From assembly GCF_036321535.1 (NCBI RefSeq), contig NC_087437.1, positions 41,976,001 to 42,040,000 on the forward strand: a DNA stretch of 64,000 bases, in the 5' to 3' direction. How positions within the stretch are numbered: the stretch's first letter is position 1; every line of letters begins with the position of its first letter. The notes beneath the pieces were generated by a model, which made no database searches, had not been told where the DNA came from, and saw only the letters and a program-made list of their open reading frames with translations. Position numbers and translations under genes: made by a program. The stretch comes from Camelus dromedarius (lineage: Eukaryota). Below are positions 22,903 to 35,530 of this stretch, one piece after another.

Positions 22903-25900
22903 CAACTTGCACTCGTTTTTAATCATGCAGTGGTGGTGACAGATGTATGTGTATGTGTGTATAACTAATAACTCAGTGTTTTATAATTTAGACCCACTTT
23001 TAGATACTTACACATGGGCCTTGAAGTCAAACAGCCAAGAGAGATTGCTCAAAGTTTTCCTCACTCCTACCTTGATGTAAAAGTTTGGCTTACGCCAGTC
23101 AGTCCTGTTTTCTTGAGTGACACGCGGAATGCACGCATCACTGATCTTCACCAGCAGGCCCATGTCAGCGCCCACAGTCAGTTCTGTGCCGAGGATGCCT
23201 TGAACACCCGTGGAACACCAAGAGCCGCGTCCGTGCTGCCAGCGGGGCCCAACAGCCCTGTAGAAAAGCCACTGAAGGGGTGGCCTGAGTGGGGCTCTGG
23301 AATGTTGTGCAACTTTCTGCCGGATGCCCATTGCTCAGAGTGAAGGTCTGCCTGTAGAAACAGGCCAGTGGGTGTTCTTGGAGGTGGAGGAGTGGGGTCT
23401 GGTGCTTGTGTGTGCTCACAAAGTAGTTACTAAATATTAGAATAGATGCAGGGGTTAAATGCTCCCTACGAAGATGTTTTTCAAGCAGGATGGTTTTGTT
23501 TGCTGCCAGGATTGCACATTTGGTGGAAACAACATTGAAGTACAGTGGAGATGAGTCATACATTTCCTAGCCACTTAGCCAGTATCAAATGATTAAAAAC
23601 CATTTCATGGATAGGGCCATGCAGCCAGAAAAACCTACAGGGATTGATTTTATGATACCTACCCTTTGAAAAGAGCGGGCTGAGTTAACTGTTCTCATTA
23701 GGAAGCATGCCATGTAACACTGAATGATGAAAGCAGTGTGTGTGCCAAGTAGGTTGCTCTGATCCATTCACTTCTACTGGATGACATACTTTGTTCCCCA
23801 TTCTGAAAGCTCACTGTTAATATTTCCATTTAAATAGCATTTTATGAAAATTTTCACGCAGTACCTTCACATTTTATGTGTAAAACAAAGAAGGAAATTC
23901 ATTGCTTAATTAAACTTAAAAATTCTTAAAAATAGAATTTTTAAAAACTAAAGGATCCTGTAAGACTGACTTCAACGCATCAGCATAAGCCACTGCGGTC
24001 AGTTTCTGTGCTGCCTCTGCTGTTTTACACAGAACGGGCTTCCTTTCGAGGTTTACTGTTTACCTTCCTTCAAGGAGAATTTTTAACACTCAAATCTAAG
24101 TTTTTGGTTTAAATTTCATTATCTTGTTATTTAATTGATATGTTGAAAAGTATTAGCCAGGTTCTCCCCCTCCTTCTCCTACTGATTTTTAAAAACAGAA
24201 ATTCGAGTCTAAAGGGGATAATTATTTCCTAATTCTCTAGATTCCTGTAGCATCTTCCTCCCTAGGATCTGGCCATACCTTCTCTGTCATTCTTTAGTTG
24301 AGTTTAGAATATTCAGGATTATGGACGAATCATGTATTTGTCATCTCCCTTTCCCCACCTCTCAAGTGAATCAACCACAGGTGACCCACAGAATAGAGGA
24401 CCTTGTGGGTCAGGGCAGATACCAAAACTTCACCTGTGCTGTGATAATGGCTGGGGTTGGGGGGTAGGCAAGGTTTATGATTCCTTGACTACAGATGCAT
24501 CATTTCTTACCTGCCTGTTGCCCCCATTCTCCATTCCAGTCTGGCTTCCAGAGCTGATGGAGAGAGGAAGGGAGGATGTAACCACTTGTTCCCCTCCTGC
24601 TTCCTCCTGGAGCTGCTTAAGGCTCGGGGAGAATGTGCAGAAGGCAAGCTTCCAGTGAGCGGAGACTCTGAGAATGTTACATAGGAGCAGGGCTGTGTAT
24701 AATTTCTACTCCTTTCACTTGGTCTTCTCAGAACTTCCTATGGAAACCATTAGGAGAGTGCAGATGAAACATACTTTGTAAATGTAGTTTTCAGCTATTG
24801 AAACATGCCCTTCCTGTTATTGACCTTTTTTAAAATAGCTTTGAGTTCAAACCAAGACAATAGAATTTCATTATGCAAATCTTTGAGCCACTTTTAGAGC
24901 ATCACTGCCTTAGGATTGCTCTAATGTTAAAAGTCTTCTTTGTTTACTGTAAGATAAAACCTTTGTGTTTAGTTGGAAAAGAAAGGGACTCCTTGGAGAC
25001 CCTTGCCAGTGGCTATGTGAAGGTAGGCGGCTGAGACCTGTGCACAAAGGCCTTCTGTGCTGGGTCTCTGTGGCCCTACAAAGGTGGTAAGCCAAGCCCA
25101 GGGGGAAGTCTACAGAAATGCAAAACTGAAGCTCCCTGTCCGCTATTTCAAAATGAAGGTGCTCCTTTATTTATAAAACAAAGTGACACACCAGACAAGT
25201 AACATAAACATTTCATATGATTCTGTTAAGGCAGGCTAAGAACATACTTTAGAAACACATAGTTCAAAAGCATGTGTTCGTCTTCTCCCAAATTAACTGC
25301 CGTTTTATGTGAGTATGATCTAGTACTTTATACTTCTTATTTAGTAGAAAATTCCGCTTGATTTCTGTTTTCCTTGTTGTAGATGTGGTACATATTACTA
25401 CTGGAAACTTGGATATCCGGCATTTCCTTCCCGCCTCGATTCTTTTTATTAAAGAATGGGATGTCTTTTTAAAACTCTCTTCATCTCTTGGTATGAATAG
25501 GTAACATGATACTGGTGGAGGTGGGCTTGGGGGAGGTTTAGAGGGAGGAATTGCATGCTTTTGGCATTCCTGAGAGGAAAACAGCTGTATTCACCATTTT
25601 TTTGGAGGGGTGGGGTAGCAGGGAGAAGTACGGGGGCATCTCCCCTGACACTCAGAATTCCAGCGTTTTACAGCTGAGCACAAACAGCTTGGCAGTTGTG
25701 CCTGGAGTGCGTGTGCATGTGTGTTACAGCTCTGATTATTCGCCAACAGAAAACAGCTATATACATTACTAATGAAAGTACTTTGAAATAAAAAATCCAA
25801 TAGTGGGGTTTCCCCCTATAAACACCAGATGTGTACAGTGGCTTTCTCCTGTGCCTACCCTGTATGTTAGCACCATTGTTCAGGGTTAGAAATGGAAGCC

Positions 25901-28900
25901 AGCATGTGAAAGGTGGACACGTGGTGAAAGTAGGTATGTTTGTAGCAAAATAAGGTATGTTGTGGTTGACTAGAAACATTTGAAAGTTTATTATTTTAAG
26001 AGAGCCATTGCTGCCCAGCCAGTCATTCCATTCCTCCTCCTTTGCCTCCTACAAAAAGAAAACATTGTGTGCCTGCAACATATGCTCCATTATCAGCCTT
26101 CAGACACCCAGTGGTCTAAATCGTTTAGTGGCTTTTAGTGCTGTCAGTAGGTAAATGGTAGTTTAAGGGATTTACAATTTAATATGTCCTCTGAAGCGTG
26201 TCTGGAAATGGACTTTTTTTTTTTTTTTAACCTGTAGGAATTTCTGTACTTAAGGAATAACTAAGATTAGAAGTAGGAATATCTAGAATTACTTCGATCT
26301 CAATTTCTAGATTTTTTTGTGTGTGGCAAAGCAAATGTCTAAGGTTACAAATCTAAGAGAAAATTCAAAGATCCTGTCACTTTTTAAAAATTCTAAAACA
26401 ATATGTTCTTGTGGGAAGGAGCATTCCTGACTGGTCCTGGGGAAGAAATGAAGTAGAACTGGTATTGAGGAGATCTCTCTCTCTAAGGGAACACAGCAAA
26501 AACACATTTCCAAGAACTTGCCTGGGGAGTTCCCATATTATTTTAAACCTTACAGGTCAAATAGCTTGATATTAATAGAGAATTAGACATATGGGTTTGA
26601 TATTTTAATACCTGTTTTTAATATGCATTTATATCACTCAGATCTTCTGTCTTCCACTTGTCCAATCAAGTCATGATTTTTAAAAAGTCACAGTTTAAAT
26701 GTAAGGAGCCTATCTCTTTTCCTTTCTTTCATTTAAAAAAAATTCTTCAATGAAAGATGAGAGCCCAAAAGTGGGTTACTAAGGGTTTATTCTGTTCTGA
26801 GTGTTGTCAGTTTTACTACAGCTTTATTGAATCTTATATCTTAATGCCTCTCGTTCATGTAATGTGGGCACTGAAATGGTTTAGTTTGTTGTGAGGAAAT
26901 TCCTGTAAAATCATTTATAGAAAACTTTGAAAGTTAAATTATTAACTTTTCCTAAGGAGTTTCTTAAGGGAATTTTCCTTTCCCCTTCTCATGAGTCAGA
27001 GAAAAAGAAACTGGAATTAGTAAAAAGTGTTAGAAATACAATAAAATGAAGGAAGAATATTACGAGAATTTTTGCTCTAGAGTAAACGACAAGCCAGTTT
27101 GTAGAATTCTTTTTTCTGCTTGTCATCAGGTTATCTGTTTCCTCTTTTGGGCGTCTCCCTGGTGGTGGTCCCAAGCCTTGTATCACAGATTCTTTTATCA
27201 CAAGGGTCCTATACTTGACTATAACTCCTTTAAAATAAAGCTTAAGGGTAACCAAACACCTTAATAGAGATTTCTCTATTAAGATACATGGGATAAACTA
27301 TTTTAATGGGTCCTTTGAACTCACTGCTTCTAGAAGACTGGATGTGTAATTTTTGAGCTACTGTGTGAATTGCGTTGAAGATCTTTGAAGCCTCAAGATG
27401 TCCTAGGACGAGAAGGCTGTAGCAGGGAAATGGGAATGGTGGTTGCGGCCAGTGAGACTCATTTGGTGTTGATATAGCACGGCTCAGGAATGTGTTATTT
27501 ACAGGGAAAGCTCTGAGTCCATCAGCAAACTGAGAATCCATTCATGGGTGCAGTGAAAGATACCCATAGGGGAAATGTTTCTGAGCTCTGTGGGCACTTC
27601 CTCAGACTGGGGGAATTTGGGCTGATTTTGGTGGGGGCTGTGAAAACTGCCGCTTTCACACCTTTAGGTGCAGAATGACTCCCATTTTCCCCTGACCATC
27701 GTGCGGATTCATCGTTCAGCTTGTTATGACCGAAAGCGTCTGAACATGTTTGGGGGAGACTGTTCTTGTTCCCTAGTGGGAAAATTCTAAAAGATCACAA
27801 GTTTCCAAATGCTGACCTTTACTCCAGAGGTAGTTTTTTCTGCCTGCTTTATTTTCTCCTGCATGGTTGGACCCCCACGTTGTTTTAGTCTTGTGAATTG
27901 AAACCTGTTTTTACAACATGGAGTCCATTATTTTTAACCTGAAAACCATGAAAATTGTCTATTTAAAACTCCCAAATCTGAATGGTGGTTTCATCTTGCT
28001 TAAAATTCTTTCTAGTGCTTTTAAGCCAACAGAAGAAAAAATACAATTTGTTAACTGCAACAGCTGCTCCCTGAGTATCTTTATGTTAATGTTTTGAGTC
28101 CATGGATTTGAAAGATTTTTAGAAAGAGCATCTGGATTAATGTGGTCCTATTCCAACCTCAGTCTTGAGGAGTGGAATCAGCCTCTTCAAAACAAACAGA
28201 AGCCTCATGCAGATTGAAAGGGTGACTGCAAAGGCATGGTAAAATTTCTATAAAATTGTAAAGGAGAATGAAGACAAACGGTCTTGGTTAGGCTGTGGGT
28301 GAACAGCCTCTTACTGGATTTGGTATGGTGTTTATCTAGCTGCTGTGGTAAATGAGGTGAAGTCTTTTGCGTATACAGTTAATTCCCAATTATTCATACA
28401 TGCTTTGGCCAAATTGCTGATTCTCTATGGACTTTGGAGACCTTTCCTCTGCCCCGCCCCCCCATTTGTCGTCCATCCGGTCCCATGGCCTGGTTTCCTC
28501 TCTCGCCAAGCTTTCTCAGAGGGGTTCCCAGCTGCTCTCCTCATTTTTATTTTTGTTTCCTTATCAGGCCCTTGTTATTTTGCTTTCTCTGCTGTGTTCC
28601 CTTGAATCCCTGACAGTGCAGGGTTCTTGTCTGATTCAGCTTTTGTTTCTCAATTATCTCAGATGAGTGGTAGAGAAACTAGTTACCCGCTAGGGGAAAA
28701 CTCTATGGAAGGTGATGTCTGCTGCTCCTTGCTTACCCCTCTGTCTTCTTTGGGCCTTTGTGGAACGAAGGAGTGGAGACAGAGTAGAGCAAGAGTCTTG
28801 CCCCAAACATTTCCAAGCTGCTCTTTTAGCTGGTTTCTTCAGGATGTGACAGTTCTATGGGGGGGGGGTGGGGTGTTAACGCTAAACGCTTAAATGGTCT

Positions 28901-30199
28901 TTTCATCCTTTTTCCTTTTTTGTTCTCAACTTGGATATTTGTTCCATTTGCTGAAACACAAGTCATTAGAAAGGGGCCTTTTAGAGTATGTGTATCTGAG
29001 GAAAGTTCAAATTTGGGATGGGGTTGCAGCTACAGAGGTAAAATGACCTTCAATGGCTCTTTGTGGAACAAATATCTAATTTATTGAGTTCTTATATTTT
29101 GAATGCTATCGAAGATATAAAATGAATTTGACCTAGATTCTGGCTTTAAGGAGGTTTAAATAAATCTAGGAGAGGAGTCTACACAGAAAACTGTAAATCT
29201 AAAACCAATACATAAACTCATGATTAACATGATATGTGAGCAACTTGCAGATGTAGATGGAGTGTTTGGGCTCTCCCAGAGGTCACTGTTGCTCCGGGAA
29301 GGGACCAGAGTTAGTAGAGATATGAAAATTGTGCCCTAAAATTCCCTGTCTGCACTCAGGGGATGGAAATGAAAACTCTTCTATACCAAACAGTTTTATC
29401 TCTGCCGTTTTTATAAACTTGTTTTTGTTTCTTTTTGAATATTAAGTGTCTACATAGAATATAATTTTCCTCCATCAAGGGAGAGTTTACGATAGGTATG
29501 CAGGCCCTACTTGGCTAAAATGTTAGTTAAAGGAATGCGGTTCTGTGTTCAATTCTCAAACCAACTACAAAGCCAGGCAGTTGGTTGACAAGGCCTTTGA
29601 TGAGCCCATCAGATTCCAGATGAACCACCACTAAAGCATGTGTGCACTGGATTCATACAAGAACCCACTACTCTCTCACTAGCAGCTGATGGTATTTATT
29701 GTGGTTCCACTGAAGCTTTTGTTTTCTCAGACCAAATGAGATGAAAGTCAGCAAATTTTAAGGAAGAGGATCTATCAGAGAGGGAGGTATAGTAATAACA
29801 AGGCTGAAACTATGGGAAGTGGACACAATTCCTAGAGCGTGGTAGTTTCCAGTGAGGTGTCCATTTTAAGTACTGATACTGTAAGAGGGTTAACTTTCCA
29901 TGGGATGTCTCAGCTTGTTTGTTGTATTCATCAGATGTTTGCCTTTAAATAAGAGCCAAATAAAAATAATCTCTGAATTGGGTTAGAAAACTTAGTTCCT
30001 GCTGTGGCTGCAGATTTCATGGGGAAGATGAAGGATGGGCCAGTGATTAGAGACGGTTTTGCAGCTTCCCTTTAGAGTTCGTCCTCGTGATGGTGATGGC
30101 TAAGTGAGAGCATGTGAGCCTGCTTTTTGGTAGGAGAGTGCTATAGGAACAAGAGTTCATCTGAAACTGTAGCTCAGTATTTATTAACGTGAGGCTGAT

Positions 30200-30355
30200 A
30201 CTGCTTTTCTGAATGATCTGCAGTGCCTGTTAAAAATTCAAATTCCTGGGCCTAATCCTAGGTCTGCTGAGCCAGAATCTCTAAGAGCAAGAATCTGAGA
30301 ATCTGCATTTTCACAGACTCCTCGGGCGTTTCTTCTGCACTTTACGCTAGAGCTC
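30200..30355. mobile_element. MER5-type hAT-Charlie MITE
   Basis: gttaaaaattcaaattcctgggcc...ctgagccagaatctct...gaatctgcattttcacagactcc. Confidence 0.8.
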
Positions 30356-30529
30356 CGTACGCTGGAAGTTGGAGCCTTTTGACGTTGCCAGTTGTGAAAC
30401 TTCGCTATTGGGTAGCAGGGGAGTGTGAATGTGGCAGCTCAGTCAGAGCTGGAGACAAGTTTACTAAATGAAGGTGTTGCTAAACATTTCTGCTGTCTTA
30501 GAAACAAGGATGAAAGGCTCATGTCTTGA

Positions 30530-30737
30530 AAGCTTATTATGTGATACACTTAATTTACTTACATGATACAATTTTCCTCATAGCCCTGAGGAAGGTACAG
30601 TTTTTATCACCCCTATTTTTTGCACAGGGACAGACTGAGAGTCAGAAAGGCTAGATAAGTTGCTCAGGACCACACAACTAGTCACAAAGGACCTGAACTT
30701 GAACTCTGATCTGTCTGAGCTTGAAGCTCTCAGCCGC
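30530..30737 (-). mobile_element. MIR
   Basis: cctcatagccctgaggaaggta...actgagagtcagaaaggctagataagttgctcaggaccacacaactagt...cttgaactctgatctgtctga. Confidence 0.85.
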
Positions 30738-31724
30738 TGTCCGTTCTAGATTGACAGTTGTGGATGGTCACAGCCAGTAGGGTTGGGAGAAGCAGACAGA
30801 GGCTAAGACATCACTACAGCAATGGGTTAGTATGGCCAGAACGCTGGCCCGTGGAAGCCAGACGGACTGAAACCCCGGCCGACCCAACAGACGTGGTACA
30901 CTGCTGTGTGAAGTTAAGGCCTAGGAGAGACATTTGTAGGAAGCTGGCTGCATTGTCACCTGAAAGCTCATATGTGGACTTTCTAAAGGAAGGTGGGAAG
31001 AAGAGATCACACGTTTTACTTAAAACTGCCTGTGAACCCTTCATATGGCTTTTCAAAACAGTACTCATTTGTTTTCTCTTGACAGATGGTAAGACGTAGA
31101 CGGGTAAGAGTTAAGGGGCCTGTCTGAAGTTTTGTGGGGGATCCGGGCTTCAGTTGTGGGAGTAATGGGCAAAAGGGAAGAGAGAAAACAACAAAAGCTT
31201 GACATGTGGAGACCAGGACATGTGAGCCAGGACGTCCCTGTAGCCCCACATTCTTGTCATTTCATTATGTCTCGGGACCAGAGATCTTGCAGAGAATGAT
31301 GGTGAAAGGAACAAAAATGTGGGTTGTAATAGTTTACAGATAAGGAGAGTTGGAAGAAGCTTGACATAGTTTGTGGGTAAAAGGCCTGTGTACCTTCTGC
31401 GAGCCTCAGTGTTTCACTTCCACGTTGCCCCGTCAGTTCAGCTCTCTCACACTCCCAGTGGGTAAGCTCTTTTTTTTTTGATTTTCGTATTTCTGTCTTG
31501 TGATTAAATATGAATGACATAAATATTAGCATTTGACCAGAAAATTGGTTTGTCTTTGGAATGTACAGTTACTCTGTATTTGCTAATCTACGGACCATGA
31601 AATCTCAGAAAAATAACAGTTGTGATCAAGGTAAATACAGGATGTAATTGCAGAAAGTCCTTTGAGGCAATTAAAACATCTGTGTTAAAACAAAACATTC
31701 ATTCCACAGATACAAGGGGGGATG

Positions 31725-31885
31725 GTATGAACTGGGACACCTGGGGTTTTGTGCCCACATCCTCCCTGCCCACATCATACACGCGCTCCCCAGCTGTAAG
31801 AGTTGACACAGGTGATTTTCTCTCCTGGACCTTAGTTTCCTCATCTGTCTGATGAGAGGAGTTAGTGGATGACCCCTCCTTTGTG
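31725..31885 (+). mobile_element. MIR (MIR3/MIRc-like)
   Basis: ctggaccttagtttcctcatctgtctgatgagaggagttag...gatgacc. Confidence 0.7.
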
Positions 31886-32424
31886 TTTTACATTTCACGA
31901 TCATCAGCCATAGTTGGTGGTGACCCTAACTGGCCCCATTTTGACCTGATGACTCCTGGAAACATTTGTCTTCCTCCTCCTCTCTTCACATTAGAATTTT
32001 TTTGAGTGCACTCTTCCTTGAACTTAGTGGGGCCACAGGCAAAGCAAGCTTGTCTCCCTCTGAAGCGCATAGAAGTGGGTGTGGATGGTCCCTTGGCGCC
32101 AGCCGTGCCTCTGCTGTCCTTCCAGCTGGATGGTGTTTCTCAAATGTATACTATGGGTCTTCATGGTGTTTGGGAGAAGTGCAGAATGCTAGACTTCTTG
32201 AAGATCTATTGAGGAATCTCTGGGAGTAAGGCTGTGGAATCTGTATTTTAATTAGTCTCCAAAGTGACCTTTGGGCTTACTACAAGTTGAGAGCCTGAAT
32301 GATTTAGCTCTAAGTATGTGCTGTGGTCTCTAGACGTAACCCATGGTTCTCTGAAGCCAGGGGCCATGCTGTATGCGTGTATGTGTGTGTATAAATAAAA
32401 CTCAGAAGAAATTGTAATCATCTG

Positions 32425-32500
32425 GTTTGTTCGTTCGTGTAACAAATATTTGCATGCTTACTGTATACAAAGCCCTGTGTTAGTTGCTGTGGGAAGGAAG
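32425..32500 (-). mobile_element. L2 3' end
   Basis: ttcgttcgtgtaacaaatatttgcatgcttactgtatacaaagccctgtgttagttgctg. Confidence 0.65.
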
Positions 32501-34552
32501 GCAGAAAGGACAGATCTCAGGGACTGATGGGATATGTGGGACTTGGGAGAGGTCACAGCAGGTTTACATCTCGTGTGGAAATCTAGTTGTGCCGTTAAGA
32601 AAAATGGGCACATAGGCACAGCGGGCAGCAGCTTTGGGACAGAAGATGCCTGTGTAAATGGGAGCCTACAAAGTGATGATAAAAGATACCTGAATTTCTG
32701 GAACCAGTTATAAAAGTTGGTACCACTCACTAATTCATCGTATTTTAGAGTTGGGAGGGATCGTTTAGATGCTGTTTCAGTCACTTCAGAAGCAGGAGAA
32801 ACCAGTCATTTGGAGGCTGTGGTTTAGGTCAGGAAAAAAATGTAATGAGGGAAGCTGTTATGTATAAAAGTGACCTTTCCTCTCAGACTTGAGAGAAGCT
32901 GCTTTTCTTAATAAACTCTTAATTGATTTTGAATCTCTATCAGAGTAACCCCTAGAAATAAGATTTGAAATGATACAGACATTCTAAGCAGATAATATTC
33001 ATTTGACATTTTTAAAGAAAGAATGCCTTTAGAACTTACTTTTCATGGTCAACTGGAGTATTGGCATGTTTTCTTTAAAAATAGCCGCTCAGTACCCTGG
33101 TCCCTCCTTAGGTTCTGGGGGGAGGGGAGCACAGACTGCTGTTCACTGATTGAGTGGATTTCCTTGCCTCTTAGTGTTTTCCCAGACAGCTTAGTAAATG
33201 AAAGTTGTACATTATTGCTTTGCTTATTTTCTTCCCCCTTTGGCCTGAGTAGCCTATTGAGTTTCAAAGGGTCTTGGGATTCCAAACCAGATGTAGAGTG
33301 TGCCTTTCTCAACAGCAGTGGCTTCAGCATTGAGATTTTTTTTTGCACTTCTGGCTGTGACTTCTCTTTGTCCCACCAGAATCAGCATGGTAGGTTGGGA
33401 GAAATCCTTTGCCAGCAGGACAGGAAGCAGCGAGTGAGGCTGGGCTCAGTGGAGGAGAACAATTCAAGGAGCTGGTGTGGTCACAGGAAGGATAGAGTCA
33501 GGAAGAAGCATGAGTCAGGCTGGTGGCCATCGTGGTCTGTTCACACCAGCAGCAGCTGGAGATCTGGGGCCGAAGGTTGAGTCAGAGCAGCCTGGACAGA
33601 GGTCTGGGCAGTGCAGTGGGTGGGGTGTGCCAGACACCAAGAGAACTTCCTTAGGCTCAGAGCTTCCTGGGCTCTTCCTGTTGTGTGGGAACTGATGATC
33701 AACACCTTGCACGCTGGCCCATCCATTGTCCATAGCATCAGCCTGGCAGAGCCATGGAGCCAGTACTGGGCACACTTTTGCCAGAAGCACTTGCAGGATG
33801 AGTGATCAGGGTATGATTTGCATTTGGCACCGTGAGCAGTGCTCATCAGCTGCAGTCAAATGCAAACTGTAAGAACCTGTTTAGGGGCAGGGGACTCTAA
33901 CACTGAATCTTGATTAAGTGTTCTCTACTGAGAGTCTCATGCGTATTTTTAATGCCAGTGGAATGATAATTGGAGTTAATCTTAAGGGTTCTTATAGTAG
34001 AATGTTTCATTTGGTGGCATGATGTAATGAACTTCGGGCATGTGACTGAGAAATAGAGATGAAGTATTTTATTTGTTTAAAAAAGTGTTAAAAAGGAACT
34101 CTGTGAGTGTTAATACACAGCTTTCTGCTCCAAAGCCCCACCCCTTTGCTACACTAGCGGCAGAGAAACTACAGAAAGCTGATTGTGTTGTCTGTTTGGC
34201 AAGTCAAAGCAAGATACAGCAAGCTAGAAGATGAGTATCTTAGATTGCTTTCACTTTCTGTGACATGAAGGTTCAAAATAGAAGAAATAAGAAGCCCTTA
34301 GGCGGTTCCTCTTTGGAATTTGGACAGATCCAGGTCATCCCTATACTTCTCTGTGCTTTTTAAGAAGTTAAGACTTTCTGATTAGTGGGTCAGAATTTGT
34401 CTGATAGCTTTTAAGTTTGATTATTTAAAAACATGGTTTGTGACACAAAATTTACGTGTATAATTTCTGATAAAATAGGAAATGAAAATTGCCCTCTTGC
34501 TCTCGATTTCATTATCAGAGTTTTACAATTACCATGTACCCTAGGATTTCTC

Positions 34553-34695
34553 GTGGATGGTATAGCTCAGCAGTAGAGTGCATGCGCAGCATGCACAAGT
34601 TCGTGGGTTCAATCCCCAGTACTACCATTAAATAAATAAATAAATAAAACCTAATCCTCCCCCCAATTATAAATAAAATAATTAAAAAATAAAAA
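34553..34695 (+). mobile_element. Camelid vic-1-type tRNA-Ala-derived SINE
   Basis: Head ggatggtatagctcagcagtagagtgcatgc...gggttcaatccccagtactacca with A/B boxes, (TAAA)n, cctaatcctcccccc, A-rich tail; TSD cctaggatttctc (34540-34552) / cctaggatttgtc (34696-34708). Confidence 0.9.
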
Positions 34696-35073
34696 CCTAG
34701 GATTTGTCCTTTAGTTTACAAATACATTAAAAGTCTGATTTTCATTTCTCTTAGACTGTGTCATTAAAGTGATTTGTTTTGCTTAATTATATGTCCAGGA
34801 TGGTTCTTAGAGAATTTTGTCAGAATGTGTGTCATATTAACCAGTGACTTTTTTGCTTGCTCAAATATAGTTAAGTGACTTACTGGTCTTACTGCCTGTT
34901 TGCTTTATAAGAAAATGCTATCTGTGTTTTCTCTTTGGATGATATTACATTTCTTTTGGTCTTTAGTGGCATTTCATGCTTTCACCCATCCAAGTTTTGC
35001 TAGTGTTAGATAGCAGTTTATGTGCTCAGTCTATTCTTCTTCTTGACTAAGATAACCCTTTTAAATATTACTG

Positions 35074-35123
35074 AATTCATTTTAAAATTCATTATAAAAT
35101 CATTATAAATTCATTATAAAATT
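35074..35123. repeat. Short tandem repeat, about 4 copies of (A)ATTCATTATAA
   Basis: aattcattttaa aattcattataa aatcattataa attcattataa. Confidence 0.85.
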
Positions 35124-35409
35124 ATGTATTTATATTAGAGAGAGATGCTTTCCCTTCCTTCCACAGCCTCCCTTCCACTTTCAGTGTAAGGCTAGAAGTC
35201 TCATCATCTGACAGGTGTGATAACTTTGCAATATTTAACCAGTTATATTGAAACTAAGGTTCCTAGCCCTCTCTGCGAGTTTTGACATAGTGATTTGCAT
35301 TAACATCACTAGCTGACTTTTATTCATTCTCATTTTATGCTAGGTACGTGGCTAGCTGTGTAACCTGCTTCTGACCTCCATAATTACTTTACGACATAGG
35401 TGCTATTAT

Positions 35410-35530
35410 TTAAAATACAAATGAAGAAGTAGAGGTATAGGAAATTTAAGTAATTTATCCAAAGTCAAGTAACTATGAGGGAGATTTGAACGCAGGTCCT
35501 TATTGACCTCAGAGCCCTGAGTTTTCATCT
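35410..35530 (-). mobile_element. MIR fragment
   Basis: tacaaatgaagaagtagaggt...ttaagtaatttatccaaagtca...gatttgaacgcaggtc...gacctcagagccc. Confidence 0.75.

Noticed and set aside
29595..29715. C/D box snoRNA-like TGATGA...CTGA
   Set aside because: Imperfect C box, no convincing terminal stem and no recognisable rRNA antisense element
33023..33580. Longest ORF (185 aa)
   Set aside because: No recognisable domain or exon structure; composition is typical of random open frames
34553..34627. tRNA-Ala-like gene
   Set aside because: It is followed by a SINE body, A-rich tail and TSD, and the stems are mutated. It is a SINE head, as is the minus-strand copy near 38865-38939.
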